Source: Candidatus Cloacimonadales bacterium (lineage in GTDB: Bacteria > Cloacimonadota > Cloacimonadia > Cloacimonadales > JAFGVF01). Taken from it: DNA of 64,000 nt. The notes under the pieces were generated by a model, which was not told the DNA's origin, searched no databases, and saw nothing but the letters and a program-made list of their open reading frames with translations. The position numbers and the translations under genes are program-made. Positions within the stretch are counted from its first letter, which is position 1, and each line of letters starts with the position of its first letter. Shown piece after piece: positions 60,780 through 64,000 of the stretch. The stretch spans positions 128,001-192,000 of the forward strand of contig OY782781.1 of assembly GCA_963678315.1 (NCBI GenBank). The letters run 5' to 3'.

Positions 60780-60803
60780 AAAGGCACCTTAAAAGATGCC
60801 TTT
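60780..60803 (-). terminator. Terminator hairpin directly after guaA
   Basis: AAAGGCATCTT-TT-AAGGTGCCTTT. Confidence 0.65.
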
Positions 60804-60818
60804 AACATATTGTTTTAA

Positions 60819-62354
60819 TTATTCCCATTCAATAGTTGCAGGTGGCTTAGAGCTTATATCATAGACAACTCTATTAACTCCACGTACTTCATTGATGATA
60901 CGGTTAGAAACTCTTTTCAAGAAGTCATAAGGGAATTCTGTCCAGTCTGCTGTCATTCCATCAGAAGAATTAACAGCGCGTAAAGCACAAACATTTTCAT
61001 AAGTTCTTTCATCTCCCATAACGCCAACTGATTGGATAGGAAGAAGAACAGCAAAAGCTTGCCATGTTGAATTATATAAACCTTTATCTCTCAACTCAGT
61101 AATAAATATATGGTCAATATCTTGGAGAAGTCTTACCTTTTCTGGTGTAATATCAGATATAATTCTCACTGCTAGACCTGGTCCTGGGAAAGGATGTCTA
61201 TCTACAAGGGTTTCACCTAAGCCAAGTTCTCTACCTGCTTCTCTAACTTCATCTTTGAAGAGTTCACGTAATGGTTCTACTAATGAGAGATTCATTTTTT
61301 CAGGAAGACCACCAACATTGTGATGAGATTTTATTGTTGCAGAAGGACCTTTGAAAGAAACTGATTCAATCACATCTGGATATAAGGTACCTTGTGCAAG
61401 GAATTTAGCATTAGGGTATTTCTTAGATTCTTCATCAAAGATTTCGATAAAAGTATTACCAATAATCTTTCTTTTCTTTTCTGGGTCAGAAACACCTTCT
61501 AACCTTTTAAGGAAAATCTCGCCAGCTCTAACAGTAACTAAATTGATACCAAAACCGTCTTTGAAGATTCTCTCAACTTCTTCAACTTCATGCTTTCTAA
61601 GAAGTCCTGTATCAACAAAAATAGGGATAAGATTATCACCAATAGCTTTGTATAAAAGCGCACAGGCTACTGAAGAATCAACACCACCTGATAATCCAAG
61701 AATTACTTGGTTTTCTCCAACTTGTTCTTGAATTTGAGCAATAGCACCATCAATGAATGATTTTGAAGTCCAGTCCTTTTTGAATCCGACCATATCTAAG
61801 AAGTTATTAATCATAAGAGAACCATTCTCTGTATGTACTACTTCAGGGTGGAACTGGAAACAGAATACTGGTTTTTCTTTATGTTTGATTGCACCATATT
61901 CACAGTTATCTGAATAAGCTAATAGGTCATATTCATCAGAAATGTTATGAACTTTATCACCATGACTCATCCATACATTTTCTTCATCCTTCAAACCTTT
62001 GAATATGTTATCGTGATTAACGATTTTAAGCTTTGCATAACCAAATTCTCTTTCATCAGACTTATCTACTTTGTGTCCTGATAAGTGTGCTAGAAGTTGC
62101 ATTCCATAGCATACAGCTAAGAAAGGAATATCTAAATCAAGAATTCTTTTATCTGGAATTGGGGCATCTTCAGCATAAACACTGTATGGACTGCCTGATA
62201 GAATAATAGCTTTAGGGTTTTTAGATAAAACCTCTTCATAGGAAACATTGAACGGCACAATCTCACAATAAACTTTTAGCTTTCTAACCTGTTTAGCAAT
62301 CAACTGGGTGTATTGTGATCCAAAATCTAAAATTAACAGCAACTCGTGATTCAT
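60819..62354 (-). CDS. guaA: GMP synthase (glutamine-hydrolysing)
   Basis: [40 protein letters not shown] and [10 protein letters not shown]. Confidence 0.98.
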   Translation of the reverse strand: MNHELLLILDFGSQYTQLIAKQVRKLKVYCEIVPFNVSYEEVLSKNPKAIILSGSPYSVYAEDAPIPDKRILDLDIPFLAVCYGMQLLAHLSGHKVDKSDEREFGYAKLKIVNHDNIFKGLKDEENVWMSHGDKVHNISDEYDLLAYSDNCEYGAIKHKEKPVFCFQFHPEVVHTENGSLMINNFLDMVGFKKDWTSKSFIDGAIAQIQEQVGENQVILGLSGGVDSSVACALLYKAIGDNLIPIFVDTGLLRKHEVEEVERIFKDGFGINLVTVRAGEIFLKRLEGVSDPEKKRKIIGNTFIEIFDEESKKYPNAKFLAQGTLYPDVIESVSFKGPSATIKSHHNVGGLPEKMNLSLVEPLRELFKDEVREAGRELGLGETLVDRHPFPGPGLAVRIISDITPEKVRLLQDIDHIFITELRDKGLYNSTWQAFAVLLPIQSVGVMGDERTYENVCALRAVNSSDGMTADWTEFPYDFLKRVSNRIINEVRGVNRVVYDISSKPPATIEWE

Positions 62355-62365
62355 CTATATTCTCC

Positions 62366-63004
62366 TTAAATTTTCGAAGCAATGCCCAAGAATGGATTTT
62401 CAACCTTCTCTATCTCAATAGAGGTTTCAGCACCATGACCTGGAATAACTTTAGTTTCATCTGCTAGAACAAAAAGCTTGTTTACAACAGAATTCTTTAA
62501 TGTTTCATAGTTCCCACCAGGGAAATCTGTCCTACCTATACTCAATTGAAATAAAGTATCGCCACTAATCAGCAAACTATCTGTTAAGAAACATACACCA
62601 CCTCTTGTGTGTCCAGGTGTATGAATAACTTTTAATTTAATACTTCCTATAGTGAGAATATCTCCTTCAGTAAGCTTTCTATCTGCTTGTGCCACTACTA
62701 CATCTTGACCCATAAATGCACTTAGATTCTTTTTACTGTCAATTAACATCTCAGCATCTTCAGAGTGAATCAATGTTGTTGCTTTGAGCTTGTTCTTGAA
62801 GAAATCCAAGCCTCCAATATGATCAGCATGTCCATGAGTTAAAGCAATGTACTTTACATTAAGCTTCTTTTCTATGATAAAGTCTAAAATACTTTGGGCA
62901 GGTGCAGAAGGATCAAATAAGATAGCATCTAAAGTATCTTGGTCCCACAATAAAATAGTATTTGTGCCATATTCCGGTAATACATTAAAAATCTGGTATT
63001 TCAT
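62366..63004 (-). CDS. MBL-fold metallo-hydrolase (glyoxalase II-like)
   Basis: THGHADHIGG, HTPGHT, SGDTLF..IGRTD and PGHG. Confidence 0.93.
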   Translation of the reverse strand: MKYQIFNVLPEYGTNTILLWDQDTLDAILFDPSAPAQSILDFIIEKKLNVKYIALTHGHADHIGGLDFFKNKLKATTLIHSEDAEMLIDSKKNLSAFMGQDVVVAQADRKLTEGDILTIGSIKLKVIHTPGHTRGGVCFLTDSLLISGDTLFQLSIGRTDFPGGNYETLKNSVVNKLFVLADETKVIPGHGAETSIEIEKVENPFLGIASKI

Positions 63005-63033
63005 TATCTATTCCTATCTTTTATCTTACATTT

Positions 63034-63999
63034 CTATTTGTTAATCAAGAGCTTTCTGAATTGTTCTTTATCCTGAACCTTAACCATTTTCTTGTTATCA
63101 AGTTGAAACTTCTTGCCATACTCAATTTCAGCCATGTCTGTTTTGACTTTATTGTTGTAACTAAGCACTATGCTTCCAGCAAGCTCAATTATCTCATCAC
63201 TTATATCATCACCAAGAAGCACCCCTAAAGGACCTGTAAACTTACTTGCTCTAATCACTACTTCTTCTTCAAGGTATTTAGTTATGTATTCGTTATCATA
63301 CTTTGTTCTACCTATTATAAGAATCACATCGTCCGACAATCTTGCTCTTCTACCTTGTTTTAAGAATTTAAGGAAGGTTCTATTCAACTGATCATGTTCT
63401 AATAAATCAGTTACTTTTTCAGAGACTTGCTTATCAGTTAGAAGGCATCCACCTGCAGGGGACTCATATTCATTTAATCCTAATTCAGCAGCTAATTCAA
63501 TCTGACGTCTTCTTGTTCTACCTTGAATATCAAGTAGTTCTTCTTTATCAACCCAGCCTTCAGTAATTGGCTTAGTATCTGCAATCAGCTTTTGGCATAA
63601 AGGTCGGATAAGAAGTTCTTTAATTCCACTAAGCTTTGCAACAGCATTCATGGAATCTTTCCTCTGTGACATAGGACGTTGTCCGAGAACTTCCCCACTA
63701 ATAACGAAGTCAGCTCCCACTTCTTTCATTATCTCAGCTGCTTTTCTAAACATCATCCCATGGCAATCTATACATGGATTTTTATATTTTCCGAATCCAT
63801 AGCGAGGTGCTTTCAGCACTTCAATTATATCTTCTGTAATATCAACTATTTTAACTTTTAATCCAGCTGCTTTTGCCCCATATCTTGCCTTACCTGAAGG
63901 ATAAAAAGGACTTTCAAAAAAGACTGGTATTACTTCATAACCTAATTTCTGCATATATAGTACAGCTAAGACGCTGTCTAGTCCTCCAGAGAATAAGGC
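63034..63999 (-). CDS. ThiI/MnmA-like PP-loop tRNA thiolation protein with DUF814 tail (5' end off the window)
   Basis: The frame stays open to the edge: ALFSGGLDSVLA, then NPCIDCH, GEVLGQRPMSQ and PAGGCLLTD. Confidence 0.85.
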   Translation of the reverse strand, partial: ALFSGGLDSVLAVLYMQKLGYEVIPVFFESPFYPSGKARYGAKAAGLKVKIVDITEDIIEVLKAPRYGFGKYKNPCIDCHGMMFRKAAEIMKEVGADFVISGEVLGQRPMSQRKDSMNAVAKLSGIKELLIRPLCQKLIADTKPITEGWVDKEELLDIQGRTRRRQIELAAELGLNEYESPAGGCLLTDKQVSEKVTDLLEHDQLNRTFLKFLKQGRRARLSDDVILIIGRTKYDNEYITKYLEEEVVIRASKFTGPLGVLLGDDISDEIIELAGSIVLSYNNKVKTDMAEIEYGKKFQLDNKKMVKVQDKEQFRKLLINK

Positions 64000-64000
64000 T

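Noticed and set aside
60819..60850. guaA 3' end as an island attachment site (CCACCTGCA shared with palindrome A)
   Set aside because: Only a 9-bp match; no duplicated guaA 3' end and no integrase.

Overview
AT-rich bacterial chromosomal segment. It is most consistent with an anaerobic amino-acid-fermenting FCB-group organism such as Cloacimonadota; this is an inference from SprA, a kal-crt-hbd-bcd-etfBA operon, Shine-Dalgarno usage and the style of the secreted proteins. Most genes are on the minus strand. Core genes include a geranylgeranyl-reductase-family gene with an unannotated 2x[4Fe-4S] ferredoxin, a divergent RecJ/DHH protein, rocD, sprA, coaX, an Aas-like ligase, a GcvT-family gene, lon, guaA and six tRNAs (Pro x2, Val x2, Phe x2). 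Accessory genes are interspersed: RloA/RloB (AbiL-like) and AbiEi/AbiEii defence/TA pairs, a tandem array of small beta-barrel proteins, a 2609-aa modular extracellular nuclease, LruC and FGE-sulfatase lipoproteins, a pair of propeptide-like paralogs, a Fic protein and a membrane class III cyclase. The most unusual signal is non-coding. Fixed-length palindrome families and REP-like mosaics sit at accessory-gene boundaries. One composite repeat is contiguous at 17.85-17.98 kb but appears split and circularly permuted around the cyclase gene (48.0-50.15 kb), suggesting a possible non-autonomous cassette system. There is also a strand-specific long stem-loop downstream of guaA. No CRISPR array, integrase, transposase or reverse transcriptase was seen.
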